From an uncultured Chloroflexia bacterium (GTDB lineage Bacteria; Chloroflexota; Anaerolineae; Anaerolineales; Anaerolineaceae), in the NCBI GenBank assembly GCA_963721535.1, contig CAVRKN010000020.1, positions 29,062 to 93,061 on the forward strand: a stretch of DNA of 64,000 nt, read 5' to 3'. How positions within the stretch are numbered: position 1 is the first letter of the stretch; every line of letters starts with the position of its first letter. The notes below the pieces were generated by a model. That model was given only the letters and a program-made list of their open reading frames with translations, had not been told where the DNA came from and did not search any database. Of this stretch, positions 1 to 12,132 are shown one piece after another. The translations under genes and the position numbers were made by a program.

Positions 1-2
1 GC

Positions 3-674
3 AATGGAGACGTATTGAGCGATATCGATGTGTGGGTTGTTGTGGAGGATGACCTTATCCACAATATAACAACAGAACCGCTTCAGTACACATCTCAAAT
101 CGGTCATCCTATACTCAGTGTTGAAGCCCCACAAAATGCGCCGGAAGGAGGAGCTTATATGATGACTTGTTATGATGCCCCAGTGGCACCCCATATTGTC
201 GACTGGTACTGGCAGCCGCTGTCACGGGCATATATTTCTGGCCAGGTTCGATTGCTTTTCGATAGAGTTGGATTAATCCATAGGGATCAATCAGTTCAGT
301 TTCCGAGTCGACCTGCAATTAAGGCAATGATCGACCGCCCCAACCATTTCATTAGTTTTTTTTGGATGATGTTGATGATCACAGCTAAATACGCCTATCG
401 TTCTCCCTGGGCAGAACAGATGGAGTTATTACCTTTATTAATTGATCCAATTGTTAAAGCCCAACAATTTCTGGGCCAAAAGAATATCCTACAGTCAAAT
501 AACTTCCCACCACATCGGTTACCGAGTGAGAAAATCCACCTTCTCTATGAATTAGCTGACCAGATGCGCACAATCATGACAACTATATCTGAAACTGGTG
601 AGGAAGTGCCGTTCTTAATTCCGTCGGGAGTAAATCGATATTTGAAAATGATTGAGTTAGTAATTGAAAAATAA
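3..674 (+). CDS. Nucleotidyltransferase-domain protein (5'-truncated by window edge)
   Basis: Frame is open from the window start: NGDVLSDIDVWVVV, a Pol-beta-like DxD motif followed by a hydrophobic strand; visibly AT-richer than the core genes. Confidence 0.6.
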   Translation, partial: NGDVLSDIDVWVVVEDDLIHNITTEPLQYTSQIGHPILSVEAPQNAPEGGAYMMTCYDAPVAPHIVDWYWQPLSRAYISGQVRLLFDRVGLIHRDQSVQFPSRPAIKAMIDRPNHFISFFWMMLMITAKYAYRSPWAEQMELLPLLIDPIVKAQQFLGQKNILQSNNFPPHRLPSEKIHLLYELADQMRTIMTTISETGEEVPFLIPSGVNRYLKMIELVIEK

Positions 675-859
675 GAACTGTTCACAGGCAACGGTTATTT
701 ATTTTCTCTAAATTGTGCGTCATCCCCGACTGGGCGTTATTGTTTATGAGTTTTGTCGTCCGGATGAGTGACTTGCATTAATGGACAAACTTTGTCCAAT
801 CGATTAACTTTAATTTCACAGAAAGACAAGAATAAAGTTCATTCCTCTGGGAGGGAATC

Positions 860-1366
860 ATGGGTAAAACATCTGAAGATCTACAAGCCGCCTTTGCCGG
901 TGAGTCACAGGCTAACCGCAAATACACAGCCTTCGCGCAAAAAGCCGACGCGGAGGGTTATCCGCAAATCGCCAAGTTATTTCGTGCTGCAGCCCATGCC
1001 GAAACCGTGCATGCGTTGGCGCATTTGCGCGCCATGGATGGGGTTGGCGGTACGCTGGACAACCTGAAAGCTGCCATAGGTGGGGAGTCCTATGAGGTCA
1101 TCACGATGTACCCCGATTTCATCAAGGATGCTGAAGCGGAGGGAGAACGGCGCGCATTGAAAAGTTTCACCAATGCCTGGGAAGTGGAAAAGGTGCACGA
1201 GGACCTCTATCGCGAGGCGTTGGCACTGCTCGAAGCCGGAGAAAAAGAAGACGAGGCATATGAATACTACGTTTGCCCGGTGTGCGGTTACACTCACAAA
1301 CGCGGCGCCCCAGATCGCTGCCCGGTGTGCAATACACCCGGTTCGCGGTTCGAGAAAATCTCGTAA
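860..1366 (+). CDS. Rubrerythrin family protein
   Basis: AFAGESQA...ETVHA...EKVHE di-iron motifs plus C-terminal rubredoxin-like CPVCG...CPVC; SD GGGAGG upstream. Confidence 0.93.
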   Translation: MGKTSEDLQAAFAGESQANRKYTAFAQKADAEGYPQIAKLFRAAAHAETVHALAHLRAMDGVGGTLDNLKAAIGGESYEVITMYPDFIKDAEAEGERRALKSFTNAWEVEKVHEDLYREALALLEAGEKEDEAYEYYVCPVCGYTHKRGAPDRCPVCNTPGSRFEKIS

Positions 1367-1381
1367 TTTACTTTGACTCTT

Positions 1382-1412
1382 CAAACGGCGCATCGTCAAA
1401 GTGCGCCGTTTG
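1382..1412 (+). terminator. Intrinsic terminator-like hairpin after rubrerythrin
   Basis: CAAACGGCGCA / TGCGCCGTTTG inverted repeat. Confidence 0.65.
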
Positions 1413-1469
1413 TGCTTTAATTAAGCGTCTTGGCAACAACCAATCGACATGAATATCATGAGGGTGATA

Positions 1470-1829
1470 ATGGAACCAACCCTGGAAACGGTTAACGATA
1501 AACAATTTCTAGATGTGCCGACTGGATCATTGCGCATAGCCAGCGAACGCGATGCGCTGGACCTGGTGGGGCTGTGCGGCGAACACCAGATCCAAAATGT
1601 CTTGTTGGACGGTGAGTGCCTGGACGAAGCATTTTTTGATCTGAAAACCGGGCTGGCAGGGGCGGCGCTGCTCAAATGGAGCAATTATTCCATTCGCGTG
1701 GCAGTGATTCTGCCACAGGAACGCATTGGTACCGGCCGTTTTGCCGAATTTGTGATGGAGACCAACCGCGGCAACCAGTTCCGAGTGTTCAGCGATAAAG
1801 AATCAGCAGTGAAGTGGCTTGTGAGGTAA
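1470..1829 (+). CDS. DUF4180 family protein
   Basis: AFFDLKTGLAGAALLKWSNY...FVMETNRG matches the DUF4180 signature; ATG 1470 has an SD-like GAGGGTG. Confidence 0.85.
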   Translation: MEPTLETVNDKQFLDVPTGSLRIASERDALDLVGLCGEHQIQNVLLDGECLDEAFFDLKTGLAGAALLKWSNYSIRVAVILPQERIGTGRFAEFVMETNRGNQFRVFSDKESAVKWLVR

Positions 1830-1848
1830 TCGTCAACCCAGGATAAAC

Positions 1849-1879
1849 GAAAAACGGGCGGACCCGCGGGTCCGCCCGT
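1849..1879 (-). terminator. Terminator for lysA (possibly bidirectional)
   Basis: Perfect palindrome ACGGGCGGACCCGCGGGTCCGCCCGT followed by a T-run on the minus strand. Confidence 0.75.
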
Positions 1880-1952
1880 ACATTTAGAATTCTACCCTAC
1901 AAACTATGCATCCTGGGCGCATCGAATGGGGCTTGCTCCGTGGGGATGCTAT

Positions 1953-3278
1953 TTATTCGCCTTTTTCTTTTTCGTACACCCACCAGCCAGGTTGATCGGG
2001 CTGCTCGCAGCACTGCATGACTTCCACGCTGCCATCTTCCAGCCACAGGGCAGGGGGACGGGCGGCGAAGTTGTAGTTGGATGCCATCGAGAGTTGATAG
2101 GCACCGGATGCGGGTGTCGCCAACAGGTCGCCGCGCTCGACCGGCGGTAATACGATTTCTGGAATGAGCACATCGCCTGATTCACAGAACTTCCCAACCA
2201 CCCGCACTTTCTCAGTCGGCGGCGCCGCAGCGCGTTGAACCACCCGGGCGGTGTAATTAGCACCGTACAGCGCCACCCGCGGGTTGTCGGCCAGACCACC
2301 GTCAATAGCGACGATATGTGTTCCAGTCGGGGTGGTCTTTTGCGTCCCGACGGTGTAGACTGCCACACCGGCTCGGGCAACCAGCCAGCGGCCGGGTTCG
2401 AGGACCAGGCGGGGTAATGGCCATTTATACGTCTTACAGGCCTCCTGGACCGCCTCAGCGACGGTACGGACCCAGGGTTCGGCATCGTCGGATAGATCAG
2501 CATCCGTATAGCGCACGCCCCAACCGCCCCCCGGGCTGATTTCCTCTGGGATGTAATCGTTAGCCCTGGCGACCTCGAACAGCATGCCAATTGCCTGGCG
2601 GTAGGGCTCAGCCTCAAAGATTTGTGAGCCAAGGTGAGTGTGCAAACCAGCCAATTTGAACCAAGGGCTGGCCAAGGCGCGCCGGATGGCTTCGGCGGCT
2701 TCGCCATTTTGAATATGAAGACCGAATTTGCTGTCGGAATGTGAAGTTTCGATATGTGGATGGGTGTTGACGTTCAGATCAGGCGTGATGCGCAGCCAGA
2801 TGCGCGCCGGGCGCTTCTGTTCAGCTGCCAATCTTTCCAGAAATGTCAATTCGTCCAGGCTGTCCACTACGATCGCCTGGATGTTCCATTCCAAGGCGGC
2901 GCGCAGTTCGGCTTCGGTTTTGTTGTTGCCATGCAGGTGGATCACCTCAGCCGGGAAGCCGGCTTTTTGGGCCACATGAATTTCACCCAGGCTGACGACG
3001 TCCGAACCGGCGCCCAACGCCGCCAATTTGGCCGCGAATGTCTGTGAAAAATAGGCTTTGCTGGCATAAGCGACCGTCGCGTTACCCGGATAATATTTTC
3101 TGAGAAGGTCCTGGAGCCGTTTCAACTGCCCACGAATCGTCGCACCGTCGTACAAATATAACGGGGAGGTGTAGGTCTGAATCAGTTCGACCAGGTCATG
3201 CCCGGCAATGGTCAGGTGTCCCAGGGCGTTGATGGCAGTGGTGAGAGGAAATAACGATAAGTCCGTGGTGGCATCCAT
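1953..3278 (-). CDS. lysA: Diaminopimelate decarboxylase
   Basis: YASKA (PLP lysine), HGNNK, SKFG, HLGSQI, EPGR, GKFCESGD, GAYQLSMASNYN. Confidence 0.93.
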   Translation of the reverse strand: MDATTDLSLFPLTTAINALGHLTIAGHDLVELIQTYTSPLYLYDGATIRGQLKRLQDLLRKYYPGNATVAYASKAYFSQTFAAKLAALGAGSDVVSLGEIHVAQKAGFPAEVIHLHGNNKTEAELRAALEWNIQAIVVDSLDELTFLERLAAEQKRPARIWLRITPDLNVNTHPHIETSHSDSKFGLHIQNGEAAEAIRRALASPWFKLAGLHTHLGSQIFEAEPYRQAIGMLFEVARANDYIPEEISPGGGWGVRYTDADLSDDAEPWVRTVAEAVQEACKTYKWPLPRLVLEPGRWLVARAGVAVYTVGTQKTTPTGTHIVAIDGGLADNPRVALYGANYTARVVQRAAAPPTEKVRVVGKFCESGDVLIPEIVLPPVERGDLLATPASGAYQLSMASNYNFAARPPALWLEDGSVEVMQCCEQPDQPGWWVYEKEKGE

Positions 3279-3506
3279 GCGCGTATTCTTTCCAGTAAGT
3301 GATCAGATGGGTCAATGATAAAACGGGATGGATAATACCACCGCTTTGAAAGGCTCGCAATAAAACTTGCTTTTCTTTTTTTTGCCAAAGCCGAGGTTGC
3401 GACAGGAGGAACGGCTTTGTTTCGAAAAGAGGAAACAAATTGATTGCGAACGCAACAGAGTCAGATTACTCCCGCTTAGCGATTCGCGTTAACCGGAAAA
3501 GGCTGG

Positions 3507-3656
3507 CTAATCCCAACCGGTAAACTGCAGAAACTGACTGCTATAAAGCGCAGCCAAAGCGGTGAGCCCCAGGAGCAACAAGTACAACAATCCAACCCCC
3601 ACCACGAATAGCCAGTCACCACTTGACCGGTATAAATGCTTGTTGACGGCTACCAT
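3507..3656 (-). CDS. Small single-pass membrane protein, 49 aa (not in ORF track)
   Basis: MVAVNKHLYRSSGDWLFVVGVGLLYLLLLGLTALAALYSSQFLQFTGWD*; SD GGAGG just upstream of ATG; upstream promoter-like TTTACA-N17-TATACT. Confidence 0.6.
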   Translation of the reverse strand: MVAVNKHLYRSSGDWLFVVGVGLLYLLLLGLTALAALYSSQFLQFTGWD

Positions 3657-3780
3657 ATCAACCTCCGCAGCTAAAAACAGAACCCTCGGCAGATAGGAAA
3701 CTGAGATATGGTCTGCAATGCCAGCAGGAGAGAAAAATAATCTCTTCCGGATTCTGATCCCCTAACTCTCATCCAATAAT

Positions 3781-3809
3781 AGTATAGTTAAATGATAAAA
3801 GATTGTAAA
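3781..3809 (-). promoter_or_regulatory. Sigma70-type promoter for the small ORF
   Basis: Minus strand TTTACA-17 nt-TATACT. Confidence 0.5.
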
Positions 3810-3887
3810 GCGTGATTTTACCGCCCTGCATCAGGTATAATGAAGCGTGATGACTGGCATCGAACGGCCAGCACGAGGAGGAATCAC

Positions 3888-4163
3888 ATGGCACATCATT
3901 TGTCACCGGAAGAAAAACAAATTCTAAAATTAGTGGAAAAAGTCACAGTCGAGGATGAAACCCGCAAAGCCTGGGAAACAGAAATTCAGACGAACGGGTT
4001 GACCGAAGAAATCGCCGAAGAAATCCGTAAAGCGCTGACCACCATTCCTGAGGGCGAGGTTGAGACCGCTGAAATGGGTCGAGGCCGGCTGCTGATCGAA
4101 TTTTCGACGCTGGTTAAACGTTGGCGTTTTGCCGACCAATCCCGCCATTTTGGCCGGCATTGA
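3888..4163 (+). CDS. Hypothetical helical protein
   Basis: SD GAGGAGG before ATG 3888; natural-looking charged sequence; terminator follows. Confidence 0.7.
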   Translation: MAHHLSPEEKQILKLVEKVTVEDETRKAWETEIQTNGLTEEIAEEIRKALTTIPEGEVETAEMGRGRLLIEFSTLVKRWRFADQSRHFGRH

Positions 4164-4181
4164 GTTCTCTCTATTAGACAA

Positions 4182-4215
4182 AAACTCCCCTCGCATCATT
4201 ACGCGAGGGGAGTTT
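4182..4215. terminator. Bidirectional intrinsic terminator
   Basis: AAACTCCCCTCGC / GCGAGGGGAGTTT between convergent genes, flanked by A- and T-tracts. Confidence 0.8.
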
Positions 4216-4234
4216 GCTTTTTTGGGTCAGAATA

Positions 4235-6997
<2,763 letters not shown>

Positions 6998-7036
6998 TTC
7001 AATCTCCTTGGCGAAAGAATGTCAGGTGGTCGGATT

Positions 7037-7065
7037 AAAAAAGACCACCAACGAGGTGATGGTCT
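7037..7065 (-). terminator. Riboswitch expression-platform terminator
   Basis: Minus strand AGACCATCA-CCTCGT-TGGTGGTCT followed by a T-run; overlaps the 3' strand of the aptamer. Confidence 0.75.
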
Positions 7066-7157
7066 GGCAAAACGCAGGCACACGTTTGAATTGCCGGAAG
7101 GTTTCCTTCGTATTGTCGGCAATCCATCCCTTCAACAGGGCAGCTACTCCCCAACAG
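7056..7157 (-). ncRNA. yybP-ykoY (Mn2+) riboswitch
   Basis: Minus strand GGGGAGTAGC...GCCGACAATACG...CCGGC...GCCAGACC matches the conserved yybP-ykoY segments; lies in the leader of a P-type ATPase. Confidence 0.8.
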
Positions 7158-7164
7158 AGAAAAA

Positions 7165-7193
7165 ATTGTACACAATTGAAAATCCCCTGTCAA
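7165..7193 (-). promoter_or_regulatory. Sigma70 promoter of the riboswitch/ATPase transcript
   Basis: TTGACA-17 nt-TACAAT, placing the start site at about 7158, right at the aptamer 5' end. Confidence 0.75.
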
Positions 7194-7329
7194 GGTCAAT
7201 CATACAACAATCTTGTCCGAACAACGATATCTTGGTCGTAGCCCTTTGGGGCGGCGCGTTTTCAGATTGGATATTAACCATTCAAATTGAAGTGACTAAT
7301 CTGCGACGAGTTCCCGTGGTACGAATTAT

Positions 7330-7379
7330 GGATCAAGCAACTACCTCGAAGGATGTTTTCGAGGTAGTTGCGATGATCC
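7330..7379 (-). terminator. Hairpin downstream of the SDR gene
   Basis: GCAACTACCTCGAA / TTCGAGGTAGTTGC inverted repeat. Confidence 0.6.
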
Positions 7380-7391
7380 AATCCATTCAAT

Positions 7392-8205
7392 TTATTTTTT
7401 CGGTAACAGTTGCTTCATTTGATTATAAATAATTTCCGCGGCGCGTTCTGGCGCAACTCGGCGGAGAAAATCCATCATTTTTGCATCCTTACCGATAAAG
7501 ACATGATATTGATTTTTCTCGATGCCGGCTACAATAATCGCGGCTGCATCCACGGCTGAAGTGGTTGGAATTTTCCGCGTATTTTCTGTCGGCGCCTGAG
7601 CTGCCATACTCACTCCGGAGTTGACGGAAATGTTGGTGGCGATTGCTCCTGGAAAAACCGTTGTTACATGGACAGGGGTGCCTTTCAATTCTGAATGTAA
7701 CCCTTCGGTAAATAATTTCACCGCGGCTTTGGTTGCGCCATACACGGTTTGACCTGGAACCGGCAAGGTAGCCGCCCATGCTGGAGGTATTCACAATATA
7801 GGCTTCGGGACGTTGAAGCAGGTATGGCAGGAATGTCTTCGTTACGTTGACCACTCCCCAAAAATTCACATTGACGACCCGCTCGATATCTTTGTATTCC
7901 AGATCATTCACCAGGACGAAGCGCTGGATGATGCCGGCGTTGTTGATAATAGCATCCACGGCGCCGTGGGCTTGAATGACCGCCTCGGGAAAAGCGGCAA
8001 CTGCCTCACGATCGGCAATATTCAATACATGCAGGGACAGCCTTCCTTGAACATCGCCTGCCAACGCTGCTGTTTCTTTCAAGGTTGTCTCGTTGATATC
8101 CAGTGCAGCTACCCGTGCCCCCTTTTTTAATAAGAGTAGTGTCAATTCACGCCCCATACCACTTCCGCCACCCGTTACGACGAAGGTTTTTCCCCGAATG
8201 TCCAT
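7392..8205 (-). CDS. SDR family oxidoreductase, split by one apparent +1 frameshift near 7767
   Basis: TGGGSGMG, NNAG, SSMGG in the 5' ORF and PVPGQTVYGATK (YxxxK) in the 3' ORF; removing one C from TAC-C-TTG fuses them. Confidence 0.85.
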
Positions 8206-8288
8206 TTTCTCTCCCTTAATTACCTAATTGATACGAGATTACGTTGGTGGCATTATATATCAGTTCTGATTCACGCAACTCCTAAACT

Positions 8289-8452
8289 ACCCCTGTTCCT
8301 GGCTGCCTTATAGAATCCACCCTTAATCGAATTGTGGATCCACTACTTAAAACCCGGGGAGCCCCTGGCAAATATGCCAGAGGCTCCCACAAGACAGGTT
8401 TGGTTCTTACCAATAAGGCACCGCGCAGCCGCATCTCCCGTTTGGAGGGGAC
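8289..8452 (-). ncRNA. Putative 6S RNA-like structured RNA
   Basis: Long irregular hairpin: TGCCTTAT/ATAAGGCA closing stem, central unpaired region, apical GGGAGCCTCTGGCA/TGCCAGGGGCTCCC stem, small side hairpin GATCCAC...GTGGATT; no credible ORF. Confidence 0.45.
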
Positions 8453-8577
8453 GGAAGGACGCAGCACAACCCCATCGGTCATGCGCGGATGCTGGCACGT
8501 TTAACGGAAGGGTTAAGGATTTAACCCTTTTTTATTCGACGGTGACGGGCAAGCGGCCAGTCATTGCGGCATTCAGC

Positions 8578-8613
8578 CGTCCGGTTCTGCCAATGAGCGG
8601 GCAAAACCGGACG
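8578..8613 (-). terminator. Hairpin immediately after ftsZ
   Basis: CGTCCGGTT / AACCGGACG inverted repeat; no strong U-tract. Confidence 0.45.
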
Positions 8614-8624
8614 ATTTTGACTGA

Positions 8625-9776
8625 CTAACGGGTTGTGCGGTTGCGCAGGAAGGCCGGAATGTCGAGGTCGCTGGTGTTGATAACGTGCGACTGAAATTCG
8701 TAAGGCGTAGCTGTCTGCGCTGGCCGCTCAGCCTGATTGTTTAGGCTGCTCGCCGCGATAGGTTGCGTTGCTTCCTTCGCTGCGGGGCGCGTTTCCAGTA
8801 AAGGGGAGCGCCCGCTGGATGGCCGGTCAAAGCCGGTGGCAATGACCGTGATGCGTACTTCGTCGCCCATATTGGGATCGATCACCGCGCCGAAGATCAA
8901 ATTGACATCCGGGTGAGCGGTTTCCTTGATGATCGCCGCAGCCTGGTTGACCTCGAACAGGGTTAGACTGTTGCCGCCGGTAACGTTGAACAGGATGCCG
9001 CGTGCGCCGTCGATGGTGATGTCCAGTAGTTGGCTGGAGATGGCCATTTCAGCTGCCAGGCGAGCCCGGTCTTCACCGCTGGCGTGACCGACTGCCATAA
9101 GGGCAGCGCCGCCTTCGGACATAATGGCGCGCACATCGGCAAAGTCGAGGTTGATCATGCCAGGTACGGTGATCAGTTCGGAGATGCCCTGAATGCCCTG
9201 GCGCAGCACGTCGTCAGCAGTCTTGAAGGCTTCTGTCAGGCTGACTTTTTTATCGACGATTTGCAGCAGGCGGTCATTGGGAATGACGATCAGCGTATCG
9301 GCATGCTCTTTCAATTTGGTGATGCCAATTTCAGCTGATTGCTGGCGGCGCGAGCCCTCGAAGGTGAAGGGGCGGGTGACGACGCCAATGGTCAGTGCAC
9401 CAACTTCTTTGGCAATTTGGGCTACGATTGGGGCTGCGCCGGTTCCGGTGCCGCCGCCAAGGCCGGAGGTCACGAAGACCATGTCCGAGCCCTTGAGGAC
9501 TTCGTACAATTCTTCAGCGGACTCTTCGGCAGCCTTGCGGCCAACCTCAGGGTTACCGCCAGCACCCAGCCCGCGGGTACCTTTATCGCCAATGCGAACG
9601 CGGGTCGGCGCCTTGGAGAGCAGCAGCGCCTGAGCGTCAGTATTGACCGTGATGAACTCAATTCCGCTCATCCCCTCATCGATCATACGATTGACGGCGT
9701 TGCAACCGCCGCCGCCCACACCAATTACCTTGATGCGAGCAAACGATTCTGCTTGTTGACCATAATTCATTTCCAT
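8625..9776 (-). CDS. ftsZ: Cell division protein FtsZ
   Basis: [16 protein letters not shown] tubulin signature, NLDFAD, C-terminal LDIPAFLR. Confidence 0.98.
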   Translation of the reverse strand: MEMNYGQQAESFARIKVIGVGGGGCNAVNRMIDEGMSGIEFITVNTDAQALLLSKAPTRVRIGDKGTRGLGAGGNPEVGRKAAEESAEELYEVLKGSDMVFVTSGLGGGTGTGAAPIVAQIAKEVGALTIGVVTRPFTFEGSRRQQSAEIGITKLKEHADTLIVIPNDRLLQIVDKKVSLTEAFKTADDVLRQGIQGISELITVPGMINLDFADVRAIMSEGGAALMAVGHASGEDRARLAAEMAISSQLLDITIDGARGILFNVTGGNSLTLFEVNQAAAIIKETAHPDVNLIFGAVIDPNMGDEVRITVIATGFDRPSSGRSPLLETRPAAKEATQPIAASSLNNQAERPAQTATPYEFQSHVINTSDLDIPAFLRNRTTR

Positions 9777-9849
9777 TTTATCCTCCGCTTTAACCTGTCT
9801 TGTGTGATGGGTTGAATGAACAATGTTTTCGTAATTTCTCCGGATACCA

Positions 9850-11082
9850 TTAAGGGAGTAATCGACGCAGGAAGTCTTTCAACTTGTCCGAGTCCAATAA
9901 TCCTCCTTTGGGAGAGCGCCGCCGTTCGTGACTCAAACCGGTTTCGCTCATCAGCACGGCCCAATGCAGCAGTCCGACGCTGGTTGAGTACGCCGGCGAG
10001 TGCAGTTGATCGGTCAATCCGACCAGATTCTCGGGGCGCGCCACGCGGACTGGAAGTCCCATAACCGAGCTGGCCAGGTTGCGAATTCCCGGCAGCAGAC
10101 TCGATCCGCCAGTCAGCACCATGCCTGCGGGAAGCAGGCCGTCATAACCGGAGCGCTTGATCTCCTGTAGAACCAGTTGGAAGATCTCCTCCACGCGCGC
10201 TTCGATGATATGCGCAAGTTCGCGGCGGTTCATTGGCGCTGAGCCTTCCTGTCCAAATGAACGCACGTTGATCACGTCGCCTTCGGCGACTTCGGCTTCC
10301 ACCGCGTGTCCGTATTTCTTCTTTACTTCCTCGGCCTGGTCAATGGGCAGACGCAAGCCGTGGGCAATATCCGAAGTGATGTGATTGCCGCCGACTGCCA
10401 GCACCATGGTGTGCCAGATGTCGCCGTCAATGTAGATGGCCAGATCGGTCGTGCCCCCGCCGATGTCACAGACGATGGCACCCATCTGACGTTCGGTCTC
10501 GGAGAGCACAACTTCAGCCGAGGCCAGGGGATTGAGCACGAATTGCGAGGCTTCCACGCCGGCGGCCTGAACGCACTGGCGCAGGTTTTCGACGGTCGAC
10601 TCGGCAGCCGTAATGATATGCGCCTCGACTTCCATCCGATAGCCGTGCATGCCAATCGGGGTGCGGATGCCGTCCTGACCGTCCACTACGAAGCTGCGCT
10701 GGATCACGTGGATGATCTGGCGGTTATGGGGGATGGCGACTGCCTGGGCAGCCTCGAGAGCGCGGGCAATATCCTGTTCGTCGATCACGCCGCCGGAAAT
10801 TCCAACCACACCGCGGCTATTGACCGATGCGACGTGGGAGCCCGCCAGGCTCACCAGCCCGGAAGTGATTTCCAACCCGGAGGTGCGCTGCGCTTTTTCA
10901 ATGGAGCGGGCGATGGAGGTGGAAGCGGCAGCCAGATCAACGATGGTGCCTTTGCGGATGCCCTGGGAGGGCTCGATGCCAACACCCAGAATGCGCAGAT
11001 TACGTTCATTTTCCACGCGGGCAACCAGGGTGCAAACCTTGGTTGTGCCGATATCAATACCAACTACAAATGGTTCGTCCAT
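9850..11082 (-). CDS. ftsA: Cell division protein FtsA
   Basis: [23 protein letters not shown] actin-like motifs; position before ftsZ. Confidence 0.97.
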   Translation of the reverse strand: MDEPFVVGIDIGTTKVCTLVARVENERNLRILGVGIEPSQGIRKGTIVDLAAASTSIARSIEKAQRTSGLEITSGLVSLAGSHVASVNSRGVVGISGGVIDEQDIARALEAAQAVAIPHNRQIIHVIQRSFVVDGQDGIRTPIGMHGYRMEVEAHIITAAESTVENLRQCVQAAGVEASQFVLNPLASAEVVLSETERQMGAIVCDIGGGTTDLAIYIDGDIWHTMVLAVGGNHITSDIAHGLRLPIDQAEEVKKKYGHAVEAEVAEGDVINVRSFGQEGSAPMNRRELAHIIEARVEEIFQLVLQEIKRSGYDGLLPAGMVLTGGSSLLPGIRNLASSVMGLPVRVARPENLVGLTDQLHSPAYSTSVGLLHWAVLMSETGLSHERRRSPKGGLLDSDKLKDFLRRLLP

Positions 11083-11094
11083 GTTGGGCTCCAG

Positions 11095-12132
11095 CTATCT
11101 ATAAAACGGTGCATTGATGAATTCGACGCTGATCATGTCCTGCGGAAAGGTGCCTTGTTGTTCCAGATGCGTGATGATGGCAGTGTACATGGACAACTTG
11201 AGATCAAAATCTGTCAGATCTCGACCAATATAGACATCCCAACCACGAGGATCTTCCCAACCTAGACCATTCAGAGAATTATAGACGAGTTTGGCATCGG
11301 GGGGAATCAAGGATTGGAGGTCAATCATACGTTTAAGCATTTGCGGGTCAACCTGGCGGCCCCAAATTTCTACCGGGGCGGCAGCCGGGATCACGCCGGT
11401 GCTCTCCGCGGTGGTGGCAGTTGATACAGCCTCGGTTTGCGCTATTGGCAGCAGGGGAGGTTGTCCATCGGCGCCAATCGTCAGCAGTTGACCGGGCTCG
11501 CCGCGCGGCGGCAAGATGACGCCGTTGGCGTCGATCCAATAGACGGTATCGCCACCGTTCCAGGCTACGGCGGGTTGCAATTCAGTCACCTGAATGTGGA
11601 CTTCCGCCGGTAACCCAACCTGAACCTTTACGCTGCCAAGTTCTGGGAAAGCTTTTTCCAGCGCAGCACGGGCAGCACTTGGGTCGAAGGCTACAATCTG
11701 AACGCCTTGAACATCCAGAACTGCCTGGATGTCTCCGGCTGTCAGCCGCGAGATGCCGTCAATGGTAAGCTCGGAAATTTGGAAAGTCGGCGAGAATGCC
11801 AACGCGTAGATGATCAGGGCGGCAAAAACTACAATAATAGCGGAGAAAAATCGTCCTCCGGCGCTAATAAAGGGCAGCGCTGGCAAGCGCAACTCAGCCC
11901 CGGAAGCCCCAAGAGCATAGAAGTACTGGCGTTTGACTCGGCTGCGGGTGTTGGTTTGCAGCGGGCGGGCAGCCGTAAAGGCATCACTGCGGACTGTCAC
12001 CGGCTGCGAACGCACTGGATGACTGGCTGCCTGGCGCGTCTGAGTCGCACGGGCGGTGCTGCGCTCAGAGCGGCGTTGGCGCACGAGATCGGAGCGGTTG
12101 TTAATGGAAGGCAGGGTCTTTTCGGCTCTCAT
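11095..12132 (-). CDS. ftsQ: FtsQ/DivIB-type POTRA-domain protein
   Basis: Single TM segment then POTRA-like region; between ddl and ftsA. Confidence 0.75.
   Translation of the reverse strand: MRAEKTLPSINNRSDLVRQRRSERSTARATQTRQAASHPVRSQPVTVRSDAFTAARPLQTNTRSRVKRQYFYALGASGAELRLPALPFISAGGRFFSAIIVVFAALIIYALAFSPTFQISELTIDGISRLTAGDIQAVLDVQGVQIVAFDPSAARAALEKAFPELGSVKVQVGLPAEVHIQVTELQPAVAWNGGDTVYWIDANGVILPPRGEPGQLLTIGADGQPPLLPIAQTEAVSTATTAESTGVIPAAAPVEIWGRQVDPQMLKRMIDLQSLIPPDAKLVYNSLNGLGWEDPRGWDVYIGRDLTDFDLKLSMYTAIITHLEQQGTFPQDMISVEFINAPFYR

Noticed and set aside
3280..3500. Lysine riboswitch upstream of lysA
   Set aside because: No AGAGG...GAAAGG lysine-aptamer pattern, and a promoter-like TTGCGA-N17-TATTAT sits close to the start, leaving too short a leader
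8440..8470. SRP RNA suggested by GGAAGGACGCAGC
   Set aside because: The bases flanking GGAA do not pair to form the SRP helix-8 stem
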